Positions 49,250 to 60,359 of a DNA stretch of 64,000 bases are shown here, in pieces. The stretch comes from Alphaproteobacteria bacterium (GTDB lineage Bacteria > Pseudomonadota > Alphaproteobacteria > RF32 > CAG-239). Position numbers and translations under genes: made by a program. The notes under the pieces are model-generated. The model saw only the letters and a list, made by a program, of their open reading frames with translations. It had not been told where the DNA came from and made no database searches. The stretch's first letter is position 1. Every line of letters starts with the position of its first letter. The stretch spans positions 52,114-116,113 of the forward strand of contig SUUY01000002.1 of NCBI GenBank assembly GCA_015062285.1, written 5' to 3'.

Positions 49250-51022
49250 CTATTTCTTAAATTGTGCATTATAAAGAGCTTTATATGCGCCGTTTTCGAG
49301 CTTAAGTAATTTATTATGCGATCCTTGCTCAACTATTTGCCCATCATTTATAACAACAATTTCATCTGCATTTTGAATAGTTGAAAGACGGTGAGCAATC
49401 ACAAACACTGTACGATCTTGCATCAAATTATCTATGGCTTTTTGCACAACCGCCTCAGATTTATTATCAAGAGCCGATGTAGCTTCATCAAGAACAACTA
49501 TCGGAGCATTTTTAATAAAGGCACGAGCAATAGCCAAGCGTTGTCTCTGTCCGCCGGAAAGAAGGCCGCCCCTTTCACCGATATCGGTATCCAAACCTTT
49601 TTCTTGTTCATCAACAAAGTCTTTCAGATATGCCATTTCTAAAGCTTTATTAATTTCTTCTTCTGTTGCATCGGGTTTACCCATAAGAATATTATCGCGA
49701 ATTGTCCCGGAAAAAAGGAAGTTGTCCTGGAACACAACAGCAATTTTATCGCGTAAACTTTCGAGGGTAAGGTTACGAATATCTTGTCCATCGATTGTGA
49801 TTTTGCCACCGACAACATCATAAAATCTCGGCAACAAACTCACAATTGTTGATTTTCCGCCACCGGAATTTCCTACTAAAGCAACTGTTGTGCCGGATTT
49901 TATTTGTAGGTTTATATTCTTCAGAATCGGTGTATCCGGATTGTAGGCAAAATCGACATTTTCAAAACGAATCTCTTTTTGAATACCACCTAATGTAATA
50001 GCATTCTTGGAATTACATATTTGAGGCTTTATATCCAAAATATCTGCGATTCTTTCGATAGCTAAAAATGAAACTTGCACAGCACTAAAGTTTTTGCCTA
50101 TGTTTTTGATTGGAGTATAAAGCAAAATCAAAGCCGTGATAAATGAAACAAAGTTACCTGATGTTATAGTGCCATTAACAATAAGATAGCTGCCAAAACC
50201 AATAACAGCACCTATTCCGACAGATGCCACAATATGTAACATCGGCGTCATCCATGCTGTACGCTGAACCATCTTAATTGAAAGCTTAAATAATTTACCT
50301 ATTACTTTGGAATAAGCTTTATATGTTTGGTTCTGTAAATTATACGCGGCAATAGTTTTGCTTCCGTGATAGGTCTCATTGTAGTTGGTTAGAATAGTAG
50401 AATTTTCTTGAACTGTTTTATAGATAACACCTTTGAGCATGCGACGTAAGCGAGCCAACGGCATCAATGCGAAGACCAACACCAAAATAGCAATTATGGA
50501 AAGTTGCCAAGAATTGTATATTAGTACGCAAATAAGTGATAATGATGAAAAAATTCGTGAAACAAACAAACGAATATTATCAATCAAACCATTACAAGCA
50601 ACATCAACATCAGCTGAAAATCGTTGAATAATATGACCTGAATCATTTTTATCATAATATGCCGGCTCTAAGAGAAGAAGTTTTTTAAACAAGGCTCTTT
50701 TAACATCGGTGGTTATTTTACCGCCAACCCAAGCATTAAGGTAGGTTGCACTATAATTAAATGCACCTTGCACTACTGTAAATGCAACGATAAGCAACGG
50801 AATATAAGCCGGAGATTGGTCTGTTTTATCAACCAGCACTACATCCATATAAGGCTTGAGAGCCAATGCCACAACAGCATCTAATGCACCTATCGGTATG
50901 CACAGTGCAATCGCAAGAATAGCCCTAAACATATATGGTTTTATAAATGGAAACATAATTTTGTAATGTTGCCAAAATGGTAGTTTAGGAGACTCTTGTA
51001 TTTTTTTATCCTTTTTAGCCAT
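49250..51022 (-). CDS. MsbA-like ABC transporter (fused TMD + NBD)
   Basis: Six TM; GNSGGGKST, LSGGQRQR, LDEATSALD, IAHRLST. Confidence 0.92.
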   Translation of the reverse strand: MAKKDKKIQESPKLPFWQHYKIMFPFIKPYMFRAILAIALCIPIGALDAVVALALKPYMDVVLVDKTDQSPAYIPLLIVAFTVVQGAFNYSATYLNAWVGGKITTDVKRALFKKLLLLEPAYYDKNDSGHIIQRFSADVDVACNGLIDNIRLFVSRIFSSLSLICVLIYNSWQLSIIAILVLVFALMPLARLRRMLKGVIYKTVQENSTILTNYNETYHGSKTIAAYNLQNQTYKAYSKVIGKLFKLSIKMVQRTAWMTPMLHIVASVGIGAVIGFGSYLIVNGTITSGNFVSFITALILLYTPIKNIGKNFSAVQVSFLAIERIADILDIKPQICNSKNAITLGGIQKEIRFENVDFAYNPDTPILKNINLQIKSGTTVALVGNSGGGKSTIVSLLPRFYDVVGGKITIDGQDIRNLTLESLRDKIAVVFQDNFLFSGTIRDNILMGKPDATEEEINKALEMAYLKDFVDEQEKGLDTDIGERGGLLSGGQRQRLAIARAFIKNAPIVVLDEATSALDNKSEAVVQKAIDNLMQDRTVFVIAHRLSTIQNADEIVVINDGQIVEQGSHNKLLKLENGAYKALYNAQFKK

Positions 51023-51030
51023 AATAAGTC

Positions 51031-51468
51031 CTATATCAAATTTAGAAATTTCAATATTATATAAACAGCAGCAAACTCCATGATTATCATGAGTTTGTAC
51101 ATTGATTGGTAGCTTTTTTTAGAGGTTTTATGATGAAAAATCTTTTGTCCTAACAAAGCTCCTATCCACCCGCCCAAAAACTCCAACATGTGTAAATCGT
51201 TTTCTCTGACACGCCATTGATGTTTTTGAGCGGCCCTTTTATCAAACCAGTATGCAATAAAAGTGCTGATATTGATACAAATTATATGAAATACCAAAAA
51301 CAATAACATTGTCTTATAGGTAAATATACTGGTACGAAAATGATGAGTTTCTATGTAGTAGGCAGAACCTATAACCATTGCAGAGCTCAATATATAAAAT
51401 GCATTACGTCGCAGAGGGTATATAATGGCTGCCAAGCCTAACAATATTGCTGTAAATGTAATTACCAT
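51031..51468 (-). CDS. DUF1294 family membrane protein
   Basis: F.AY.FDKRAA...WRV.E..LH.L...GGWIGA..GQ..FHHKT.K. Confidence 0.9.
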   Translation of the reverse strand: MVITFTAILLGLAAIIYPLRRNAFYILSSAMVIGSAYYIETHHFRTSIFTYKTMLLFLVFHIICINISTFIAYWFDKRAAQKHQWRVRENDLHMLEFLGGWIGALLGQKIFHHKTSKKSYQSMYKLMIIMEFAAVYIILKFLNLI

Positions 51469-51617
51469 CTAAAAAAATTCTTTCATTATTTATAAAACGG
51501 TTTGAAGTTTATTATAATTTTTTTTAAATTGCAAATGGTGAATAAGTAAAAAATTATAATTTGAATTTATAAAATTGGCTCTATAATTGTTATTATTTTT
51601 TTTGACGAGGAAACGAT

Positions 51618-52256
51618 ATGAGAAATAAATTTTTAGCGGCCAGCGCTATGTTGATATTAAGTGCATGTGCTCACGGAGAAGATTCAACATTGCAAGATAT
51701 TCTTTTTGAAGATCCATATGATCAAGAATTTATCAAAATAGGGACTCATGAAGAACAGCCGGTTAAAAAAGCTGAACATATTGAATATGTTGCAGAAGAT
51801 CGAAAAGAAACCATTATTTATGAACCGGCAACATATCAACTTCCGACTAGAGAAGAGCGATATGCGAACTATACTCCAACAGCTGAAATTTATGCCATTC
51901 CGGCCACAAGAGCAACAAACAAAATGCTTGATGAAACCAGAGAATTTTATGAACAAAACGGTGATGTGTTTTTGTTTATTGCATCTTTGAAAAAAGCCGA
52001 CCGAAAACTTCCTGACGGAGTATATAAAGCAGAACAGGTAACAAAAAAAATCATTGAAGGGTCTGACACCTTTAAAGTTGTCGGGGATAAAGAAGAAGCA
52101 GATTATATCTTGGAAACAATTATTGAGAATAACGGAACTCCTGAGGAGCCTATCTTAACTTATCGCATGATTTTAAGCGATATGGAAAACAACAAAATCA
52201 ATGAATGGTCTGAAACTGTACGTCGTTTGCAAAATGATGATCGTAGTTGGTGGTAA
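51618..52256 (+). CDS. Hypothetical lipoprotein (possibly LpoB-like)
   Basis: Lipobox LSAC; C-terminal ADYILE.II...TY.M.L.D.....I.EWSE resembles the LpoB/TolB-N fold. Confidence 0.65.
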   Translation: MRNKFLAASAMLILSACAHGEDSTLQDILFEDPYDQEFIKIGTHEEQPVKKAEHIEYVAEDRKETIIYEPATYQLPTREERYANYTPTAEIYAIPATRATNKMLDETREFYEQNGDVFLFIASLKKADRKLPDGVYKAEQVTKKIIEGSDTFKVVGDKEEADYILETIIENNGTPEEPILTYRMILSDMENNKINEWSETVRRLQNDDRSWW

Positions 52257-53263
52257 TGCGTAAACTATTATTGATAACATATACCTTATTAACGTTATCT
52301 TTTGTTGCTAAGGCTGAAGAATTTGACGTTAGTAATCACAATATTCAAACTATTTATGCCACTTTGTGCGAGAATATTCGCCCCGAAGAATCTAAATCTG
52401 CGACCAGAGCAAGAGCATCTGATATGGCCTGTTATAAGGCCTTGGAAAATATTTCCGCATTAAGCAATATAAAAGAAAAATATGATGATCATGATTTTAA
52501 GGTTTTGATATATTCACTCATAGATAATTATTTGGAAGACTTGACAGTTAGAACAATTTCGCAGGATCAATCACAAATATGTATAGAACTTACGGGATAT
52601 TTAAATAAAGACAACATTGAAACGGCAATTCAGGAAATTGCCAGAGATCATGAAGAGAAATATCCTGAAGAATTAATGATTGAAAAAGAGGCCTTAACAC
52701 AACCATCTCCCAATAATATGCCTCCCAAACCTGATATTAAAATCAGCAGTAAAATTGCTATGGAACATATTTTTGATGAAACTCCCAACGAAGTGAAAAA
52801 AAAGCAAATAAATACCGCAACAGATATTCCTAATATTTTTATCGAGCGTACAAATTTTTTCAATAATACCTCGACAAATGCTTTTTATGGTGATATGGCC
52901 CAAATCATAAGCACAGAAACAACGGCAAACATCACAAGTAGTCTGTCTGATGCGACATATATTATTAGAAGTCGAATTTTGCGAGCTAAAGTAGAGCCGT
53001 TAAATAAAAAGACAAACAGAATGCAGATGGTGGTGGCTGTTGAACTGGAAAATGTAAAACAAAAAACAACTATCAAAGAACACCAAAATAGGTTTATTTT
53101 GTTTGAAACTGATGAAAATGAACAAAGTGTAGCAACAAATTTATTAAAGAAGCTTTTGCGCAAAGCAATGCAACTGGTTGTATCTAAACTTCAGGAAGAA
53201 ATCTCTGTATCAAATAGCATGATTACACCTCAAGCATCAAAACATAAGCCGTCGGCAAACTAA
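52256..53263 (+). CDS. Hypothetical secreted protein
   Basis: Signal peptide MRKLLLITYTLLTLSFVAKA; TAATG overlap with the upstream gene. Confidence 0.75.
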   Translation: MRKLLLITYTLLTLSFVAKAEEFDVSNHNIQTIYATLCENIRPEESKSATRARASDMACYKALENISALSNIKEKYDDHDFKVLIYSLIDNYLEDLTVRTISQDQSQICIELTGYLNKDNIETAIQEIARDHEEKYPEELMIEKEALTQPSPNNMPPKPDIKISSKIAMEHIFDETPNEVKKKQINTATDIPNIFIERTNFFNNTSTNAFYGDMAQIISTETTANITSSLSDATYIIRSRILRAKVEPLNKKTNRMQMVVAVELENVKQKTTIKEHQNRFILFETDENEQSVATNLLKKLLRKAMQLVVSKLQEEISVSNSMITPQASKHKPSAN

Positions 53264-53265
53264 AA

Positions 53266-54027
53266 TTATTCAGAACTTATCCAACTACCGTATTGTTGAA
53301 TATTTCTAATGCTTACACTATAATTATATAATCTATCTTTACCGCAAGATATCCAATATGCATCTATTTTTTTATTAATGTCTCTTTCTTTTTGAGCACA
53401 TGCTTCTCCATCAAGAGTTGTATATACTACAACTTCAAGTTCTGACAGTCCTCTATCATTATATAACTCGTATTCATAAGCACACATTTTGTCAGCTATA
53501 TTTTCTAATACCAATTTTTGCAAGTCTTTAAATTGAGAGCTACATTCTGTCTCCTTAAATATTGAGATAAAATCAAACAACATTTTATCTCTATCATCGT
53601 CAATCTCAAACATAGATAGTTTTTCAATGAGAATTGTGCTTCCGGTCATAACAGCGAACTTAGACAATACAGGGTAAAAATCATCTATATATTTTTTCAG
53701 GTTTTCAAATTTGGGTTTTATCATTATTGCTACTTTATCCAACAACCCTAAGCCTAATAGAATTTCAATATATATACTTTCAAATTCCGGTGTTAATTCC
53801 CCGCCAATTTCCCATATTGTATTAGCAGTTGATTTAGCTGTTTCTTTTTTTCCTTGCATAAACTGAGCAAACATTAGAGTTATAAGCCCGTAAATATTGC
53901 CATTGTATTTTCCTAAGTAATTATATGTTTCTTTCTCTAGCTGAATAATACGGGAAGAGTTGTTAAACTTAGTTTCAAATAATTCATTTAGCAAATCACT
54001 AAAAATATCTACAGCATCATTTTCCAT
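53266..54027 (-). CDS. Hypothetical protein
   Basis: About 253-aa helical ORF with RBS aggagg before ATG 54027. Confidence 0.75.
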   Translation of the reverse strand: MENDAVDIFSDLLNELFETKFNNSSRIIQLEKETYNYLGKYNGNIYGLITLMFAQFMQGKKETAKSTANTIWEIGGELTPEFESIYIEILLGLGLLDKVAIMIKPKFENLKKYIDDFYPVLSKFAVMTGSTILIEKLSMFEIDDDRDKMLFDFISIFKETECSSQFKDLQKLVLENIADKMCAYEYELYNDRGLSELEVVVYTTLDGEACAQKERDINKKIDAYWISCGKDRLYNYSVSIRNIQQYGSWISSE

Positions 54028-54037
54028 TGTTGCCTCC

Positions 54038-54475
54038 TTATTTTTGCAGCATGAATGTAGCAGGACCGTCATTTACCAATGATACTTGCATATCTGCCTG
54101 AAATATACCTTTTTTAACCTGTTTCCAATTACTACTTATGTAATCACAAAAATATTCATATAACTCTTTTGCCTCTTGCGGACATGCAGCATTACTGAAT
54201 CCGGGACGATTTCCTTGAGAAGTATTGGCTGCCAGAGTAAACTGAGATATGATTAACATTTCACCATTTATATCTTTAATTGACAAATTCATTTTTCCGG
54301 AATTGTCTTCAAAAATGCGAAGTGCAACCACTTTCTTTGCTAAATATTCGGCCTCTAGTTTTGAATCGCCATGCTCTACGCCCACAAAAAGCAAAATCCC
54401 TTTGCCTATTGATGATATCTCTTTTTGAGCGACCTTTACATCTGCTTGTATAACTCTTTGAACTAATATTTTCAT
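54038..54475 (-). CDS. dtd: D-aminoacyl-tRNA deacylase
   Basis: VQRV, LRIFED..GKMN.S, SQFTL, G.RP.FS.A, G.FQADM.V.L.NDGP.T. Confidence 0.96.
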   Translation of the reverse strand: MKILVQRVIQADVKVAQKEISSIGKGILLFVGVEHGDSKLEAEYLAKKVVALRIFEDNSGKMNLSIKDINGEMLIISQFTLAANTSQGNRPGFSNAACPQEAKELYEYFCDYISSNWKQVKKGIFQADMQVSLVNDGPATFMLQK

Positions 54476-54498
54476 ATTCACCTCTATATTCTACACTA

Positions 54499-55725
54499 TC
54501 AGAAAAAAATATATGAAAAGTAAATAGCAGCAATAATTCCGGCTAAATCGGCCAATAAAGCACAGGGTAATGCAGCTCCAACCTTATTTATTCTTACTAC
54601 GCCAAAATATACAGCCAAAACATAAAATGTTGTTTCTGTTGATCCTTGAATAACCGATGAAACAAACCCCTGAAAACTATCAGCCCCATATGTGCGAAGT
54701 GTTTCTATCATCATCGCTCTTGCTCCGCTGCCGGACAAAGGTTTGAGAATCGCTGTCGGCATGGCTGCAACAAAATCCGTATCCATTCCTAAATAAGAGA
54801 ACAGATTATTAAACCCCAAGGTAATTATATCTAAAACGCCGCTCGATTGCAAAGCTGATATAGCAACAAGCATTGCAACTAAATATGGTATAATCTTTAT
54901 AGCAACAAAAAAGCCTTCTTTTGCACCTTCTATAAATTGCTCATAAACGTTTATTCTGGCAAACAAACCACAAACGATAAAGCCAATAATAAACATAAAC
55001 AGTGTAAAATTTCCAACCGTGGCGGCTCTGATTGTTCGCAGTTCCGGCGGCAACGAAATAAAATACCAAGCAACCAATCCGACAAATGCAAATATTGCAA
55101 CCAGATATGCTAATACTACTCTATTAAAAATGTTTAATTTTTGAACCAAAGCTATACTCAGAAAACCAACCATAGTTGAAACAAATGTTGCTAATAATAT
55201 TGGGATAAATACAGCAGCAGGATTACTCGCTCCAAGTTCTGAGCGATACATTAGAATTGTGATTGGAATTAGTGTTACTGAAGATGCATTAATAACCATA
55301 AACAACTGTTGAGCCTTGGAGGCTGTATCAGATGAAGGGTTGATTTCTTGCAATTGCTCCATTGCTTTTAAGCCCATTGGTGTTGCTGCATTATCAAGCC
55401 CGAGAATATTTGCTGCAATATTCATAACTATTGAGCCTAAAGCCGGACTGTCTGAAGGAACTTCCGGCATAATTTTTTTGAATAATGGCATAAGCAAGCG
55501 AGATAAGACACCAGTCAAACCTGAAACTTCAGCGATTTTTAATAGTCCCAACCATAAACATAAAATCCCTGTTAAATTTATGCATATATTAAAAGCAGAT
55601 TTGGCACTATCAAAAATTGAAACTACCATTTTGCCCCATATTGCAACATCACCTAAATAATAACTGTTAAAACAAGCAAACATAAATGATACAATAAAAA
55701 ATCCGGCCCATATAATATTTAACAT
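54499..55725 (-). CDS. Fused SpmA/SpmB (nucleoside recognition/Gate domain) membrane protein
   Basis: LNIIW, LWLG.LKIAE, ANILGLDNAATPMGLKAM, YEQFIEGAKEG, KPLSGSGA, STETTFYVLAVYFG. Confidence 0.93.
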   Translation of the reverse strand: MLNIIWAGFFIVSFMFACFNSYYLGDVAIWGKMVVSIFDSAKSAFNICINLTGILCLWLGLLKIAEVSGLTGVLSRLLMPLFKKIMPEVPSDSPALGSIVMNIAANILGLDNAATPMGLKAMEQLQEINPSSDTASKAQQLFMVINASSVTLIPITILMYRSELGASNPAAVFIPILLATFVSTMVGFLSIALVQKLNIFNRVVLAYLVAIFAFVGLVAWYFISLPPELRTIRAATVGNFTLFMFIIGFIVCGLFARINVYEQFIEGAKEGFFVAIKIIPYLVAMLVAISALQSSGVLDIITLGFNNLFSYLGMDTDFVAAMPTAILKPLSGSGARAMMIETLRTYGADSFQGFVSSVIQGSTETTFYVLAVYFGVVRINKVGAALPCALLADLAGIIAAIYFSYIFF

Positions 55726-55727
55726 TA

Positions 55728-56918
55728 TTATCTCTCCATGTTTAGCAATCGGTTTAACTTAACACTAAGCAAACCTAATAAAACAACAAACAGATTAAGG
55801 GTTAATAATACAAATTTTAAATCATCGGGTGAAAGATATAAGGAAACGACAATCGTTAGGCCAAATCCTAAGCTTCTTCCGCTATTTAAAAATATTTCTC
55901 GCAATGCAATGTATTCGCTTCTATATAATGAGACGACACTTTTGTTTTTAGATACACGATATATATTTATGGCACTTATAATCGGGAATAGCAGCGTAAC
56001 ACTTGCATATATAAAATTATATATTATAAACGAAAACTTATCGCCGCTTATAACAAAATATGATGAGCCAATTATGGTGAGAAAACAACATATGACAAGC
56101 AAAACAGTTAAATTGCTATAACGACAATAGCGTCCAAATACAGCATTTGACACAACACTGCAAATAGCAAATATTGATGTAAAAATTCCCAGATTCATAT
56201 TGGTCTTAAACATATATACTACATATAGTACAATCAGAAGATCTAAGGTTTCAAAAATAAAACCACGTACGAAGTCTACCGATAAAGACAGCTTTATGAG
56301 TGGGCGTTTACGAGCCAGAGCAATAAGATATTTGATCTTAAAAGCTTTACATGAGCTTTTGATATGTCTTAAAAATAAAGATAAGATCCAACTTATTACA
56401 GACAAAATCAATACGACAAACGTCGTTCTAATAAAGCTTTCTACTGAAATGAGCCAGCCAAACAACAACGGAATAAGAATTTTTGTAATTCCTGACCACG
56501 CATAAGTATATCCGTTAAACTTGATCATTTTTTTGTTGCTGACTTCTTGCGAGGTCATAACATTAAGCGGATAATAAAAAAAGGCTTTTTCTAATGCAAT
56601 AATTACGCCCAACAGCCAAATATAACGAATTATATTTTCTTGAAGATATAAAATTAATAGCAACGCAGCAAAATTGACAATAAAACTTAAGCGGAATAGT
56701 CGTAGTTTGTTGCCACATTTTACTATCGGCCCTAAAGCAACAAATAAAATGGCAGATATTGCATATGAATATATGTAAAACCAACATGCGGGTACAATAT
56801 CATTACCGGTTATGTCAAAGAACCATGCAACCATAAAGGTATTAATAAAAATCCCAATTGCAGTATGTAGAGTATTTATTGCCAGCAATAATAACGGGTT
56901 ATATTCTTGTTTTGACAT
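55728..56918 (-). CDS. MFS-type membrane transporter
   Basis: About 12 TM; EY...RE..LN.GR motif in the C-terminal half. Confidence 0.75.
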   Translation of the reverse strand: MSKQEYNPLLLLAINTLHTAIGIFINTFMVAWFFDITGNDIVPACWFYIYSYAISAILFVALGPIVKCGNKLRLFRLSFIVNFAALLLILYLQENIIRYIWLLGVIIALEKAFFYYPLNVMTSQEVSNKKMIKFNGYTYAWSGITKILIPLLFGWLISVESFIRTTFVVLILSVISWILSLFLRHIKSSCKAFKIKYLIALARKRPLIKLSLSVDFVRGFIFETLDLLIVLYVVYMFKTNMNLGIFTSIFAICSVVSNAVFGRYCRYSNLTVLLVICCFLTIIGSSYFVISGDKFSFIIYNFIYASVTLLFPIISAINIYRVSKNKSVVSLYRSEYIALREIFLNSGRSLGFGLTIVVSLYLSPDDLKFVLLTLNLFVVLLGLLSVKLNRLLNMER

Positions 56919-56940
56919 TTTAGAGTTCTCTATATTTATA

Positions 56941-58239
56941 TTATTCTTCGTTTTTATTTTTATGCATAAATAAATTGGCGGCTCTATCTAGCAAGCTATC
57001 ACTTTTGGCAATTTCAGGATAAATATGAGTCGGATTTAGCGGCATAGGATCTGTTTTAGTAATATTAATATAATTTACATCGGGCTTAAATGAAATATGT
57101 TTAAACGCAAACAATACAAAAAATCCGTTGGAAACAGAAAAAGATATTAAAAAGCTTATTGCCCCAAATATCTGCATAAGGTATGAAACAACTATCGGTC
57201 CGATTATCATACCAAAGCTTTGAAGCATAATCAACAAACCACTGGCCTCAACCCTCTCTTCGTCATCAATCTTGTCATTTACATGAGAAACACATATCGG
57301 ATATAAAATAAAAGATCCTGCCCCTAAAAGAAGTGCTGCTCCGGCCAACTCAATTATACTTCCGTCAATAAACATATGAATCCATGGAGCAATGAAAAAT
57401 AGGCAACTTCCACACCACATCATGATAAAACGCCGATCCATAATGTCTGATAATCTACCAATGGGAATCTGAGCAGACATTCCACCAAAAATGCAAAAAA
57501 ACATAAATAATGATATATGATATAGTGAAAGTCCTGCTGCTTCAGCATAAATAGCACCTAAAGTATAAATATTGCCAACCAATACACCGCTAATTATACA
57601 TCCGATCACACCAACCGGAGCTATTTTATAAAGTTGCTTAATTGACATTTGTTTGTGCTTACTGATATCAGGAGAAGGTAGCGCTGTAAGTGAAACCGGA
57701 ATTAAAGCTACAGAAAATAATACAGAAATCAAAATTAAAGTTACAACATTTTGATTATCTGGAACATTGAGCATAAGTTGCCCAAAAGCTGCTCCGATAT
57801 ATGTGGTTACCATATATAAAGACATAACCATTCCGCGATTTTGGTTGTTTGACCTTGTATTGAGCCAACTCTCTAAACAGATAAATGCTGAAGCCATGCA
57901 ATATCCTTCAATAAGTCTTAATATTCCCCAATATAAAGGATTAAACCATATGATGTGAAGCAAGATAAGCGCTGAAAGCAATGATATGTAGCTGGAAAAA
58001 GCTCTAATATGCCCTACTCGGTTAATAATCTTATGCGCACTCAAAGTTGCGAATATATATCCAAGATAATAAACTGAAAGCACAATTCCTACATAGGAAG
58101 TTGGAACTTTAGCGCTATTTAAGCGAATAGCCAAATATGATGATAGCAAGCTGTATGCTGCACTGGTAAGCATTGTACCTGCAAAAAACGCAGTAAGAGG
58201 AGACATTAGTGCTTTTAATGATTTTAATTTTTCCAGCAT
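56941..58239 (-). CDS. MFS transporter (YcaD-like)
   Basis: RVGHIRAF, ESWLN....N.NRG, Q.PIGRLSD..DRR, YP.CV.H.ND. Confidence 0.9.
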   Translation of the reverse strand: MLEKLKSLKALMSPLTAFFAGTMLTSAAYSLLSSYLAIRLNSAKVPTSYVGIVLSVYYLGYIFATLSAHKIINRVGHIRAFSSYISLLSALILLHIIWFNPLYWGILRLIEGYCMASAFICLESWLNTRSNNQNRGMVMSLYMVTTYIGAAFGQLMLNVPDNQNVVTLILISVLFSVALIPVSLTALPSPDISKHKQMSIKQLYKIAPVGVIGCIISGVLVGNIYTLGAIYAEAAGLSLYHISLFMFFCIFGGMSAQIPIGRLSDIMDRRFIMMWCGSCLFFIAPWIHMFIDGSIIELAGAALLLGAGSFILYPICVSHVNDKIDDEERVEASGLLIMLQSFGMIIGPIVVSYLMQIFGAISFLISFSVSNGFFVLFAFKHISFKPDVNYINITKTDPMPLNPTHIYPEIAKSDSLLDRAANLFMHKNKNEE

Positions 58240-58257
58240 TTTGCCTCCTCTATTATA

Positions 58258-59967
58258 TTATTTTTTAAGCATCGCCTCCGGTGCTTCAATACCCATAAGA
58301 TACAGATTAAGTCTTAAAATATCTCTAACCAATTTGGCTAATCTGATACGTGAAGCAGCTTTTTCGACATTGGTTTCATTCATAATCGGAGATGCATTAT
58401 AAAAACTCGAAAATACTTGTGCCAAACTATATGTATATTCTGCAATTACACTAGGTTCTTTTTCTGCTTCGGCACGATTAATTACAGCTCCAAGTTGATC
58501 AATTTTTAATGCTAAATCTCTTTCTTCTTTGTTAGTGATACGAATATTACCACCATTCATTTTTGACTTACGCAAAATGGAGTTAATACGAGCAATGGCA
58601 TATTGAATATAAGGACCGGTTTTACCTTCAAATTTGGCAAAATCTTCCAATTCAAATATATAACCGGATGCCGTGTTGTTTTTAAGGTCTTGAAATTTAA
58701 TAGCACCAATGGCAATTTGTTTTGCCATTTTTTCAATATCTTCTGCTGTGTATCCGTCGGCTGTTTCAGGTAAAGACTCTTTTACCTTATCTAAAGACAT
58801 GGTAATCAAATCTTCTAAATTCATAACACCGCCGTCTCTAGTTTTAAATGGTTTACCGTCTGCTCCGTTTACGGTTCCAAAACCAATGTGTTTAAACTTC
58901 ACATTTGGAGCTAATCCTAATTTTTCGACAACTTCAAACACTTGCTCAAAGTGCAATGACTGACGCTTGTCTACAACATACAAAATTTCTTGTGCTTTAA
59001 GATCTTCATAACGCATTTTGATTGTAGCAATATCTGTTACCTGATAACCAAACCCTCCGTCACTTTTTACCAAAATTACCGGAGGTTTAGAATCATCAGC
59101 CAAGCGGATAATTGTAGCACCGGCATCAACCTCAGATGCTCCTTGTTCTTTAGCAAGTTTGACAACTTCTTCACTGGCTTTGTGTGCATCACTCTCGCCC
59201 AACCACAAGTCAAAATGGGCATCTAAAACTTCGTAATTTTTCTTAATAGCTTCCAGAGAAACTTTGCGTAAATGTTGCCAAGCATTATAGTATTCCTCGT
59301 GTCCGCTCTGAAGTTCGGCGGTTATACGTCTTGCTTCTTCTTTAGCTTTTTCATCTTCTTTACAACGAGCATTGGCTTGCTTATAGAAATTGGAAATTTC
59401 ATCTATATTATAACTTGTGGTCTTAGCAAGATTACCGTCCTGCAAAATAATTTCGCCCAAAATCATTCCCATTTGGGTTCCCCAATCGCCAAAATGGACA
59501 TCGGAAATGACATCGTGTCCGGCAAAAACCTCTATACGACGAATCGATTCACCTATAACAGCAGAACGAAGATGTCCGACATGAAGAGCCTTAGCAACAT
59601 TTGGCCCTCCAAAATCCATAACAATACGACGCGGATGCGATGTTTTTTCAACACCAAACCTTTCATCATCAGCTGCCACATCCATACTGTTGGCTATAAA
59701 ATCATCGGATAAAGTCAGGTTCAAAAAACCGGGGCCATCTACTGATATTTTGCTAAAATCATTATCTTTTTCCAGTTCTGATGCAATATTAGCAGCTATT
59801 TCTCGGGGATTTTTACGTTCAGCCTTAGCCAAAGCTAAAGCACCGTTGCATTGGAAATCGCTTAAATCAGGGCGATCTGAAACTTTTACAAAAGCAAATT
59901 TGCTGTCTAACCCCAAATTATTAAACACTGTTTGAAGTTTTTTATTTAAAATATTTTCTAAAGACAT
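58258..59967 (-). CDS. argS: Arginine--tRNA ligase
   Basis: DFQCNGA, GPGFLN, PNVAK.LHVGHLRS, HFGDWGTQMG, KPFKTRDG, GKTGPYIQYA.ARI.SI. Confidence 0.98.
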   Translation of the reverse strand: MSLENILNKKLQTVFNNLGLDSKFAFVKVSDRPDLSDFQCNGALALAKAERKNPREIAANIASELEKDNDFSKISVDGPGFLNLTLSDDFIANSMDVAADDERFGVEKTSHPRRIVMDFGGPNVAKALHVGHLRSAVIGESIRRIEVFAGHDVISDVHFGDWGTQMGMILGEIILQDGNLAKTTSYNIDEISNFYKQANARCKEDEKAKEEARRITAELQSGHEEYYNAWQHLRKVSLEAIKKNYEVLDAHFDLWLGESDAHKASEEVVKLAKEQGASEVDAGATIIRLADDSKPPVILVKSDGGFGYQVTDIATIKMRYEDLKAQEILYVVDKRQSLHFEQVFEVVEKLGLAPNVKFKHIGFGTVNGADGKPFKTRDGGVMNLEDLITMSLDKVKESLPETADGYTAEDIEKMAKQIAIGAIKFQDLKNNTASGYIFELEDFAKFEGKTGPYIQYAIARINSILRKSKMNGGNIRITNKEERDLALKIDQLGAVINRAEAEKEPSVIAEYTYSLAQVFSSFYNASPIMNETNVEKAASRIRLAKLVRDILRLNLYLMGIEAPEAMLKK

Positions 59968-59981
59968 AGTATTTCCTCAAA

Positions 59982-60299
59982 TTATTTTTCACATTTAAAA
60001 TATAAATGATTGGGAACTAAAACCCGACAGGTAAAAATCGTTTGCTTAACAGAAACTGCATGAGTACCGGTACCTTCTTTGATACAAACCTCATCTGCCA
60101 ATTTTTTTACATCTTCATATGGCGTATAAATACTGTTGTAACAAACGGCCGGATTTTTTGGAGTTGACTTGCCCACATACAGACTTGCCGGTGTTTTAGC
60201 TCCTGCTTCTCGTCGTCGATCTACAAACGGGCGAAATTGCGAACAAGAGCAAAGAAACACTATAAGCACAATGGCATTTATTATTTTTAATCTAGACAA
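59982..60299 (-). CDS. Small Cys-rich lipoprotein
   Basis: TTG start after ggag; lipobox LCSC; VCYNS...A...C...C...F.C pattern. Confidence 0.65.
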   Translation of the reverse strand: MSRLKIINAIVLIVFLCSCSQFRPFVDRRREAGAKTPASLYVGKSTPKNPAVCYNSIYTPYEDVKKLADEVCIKEGTGTHAVSVKQTIFTCRVLVPNHLYFKCEK

Positions 60300-60359
60300 T
60301 TAAAAAAACTCCGTTACATTAATTATAATTTTATAACACTATAAACAAAGAAGCGTAAA

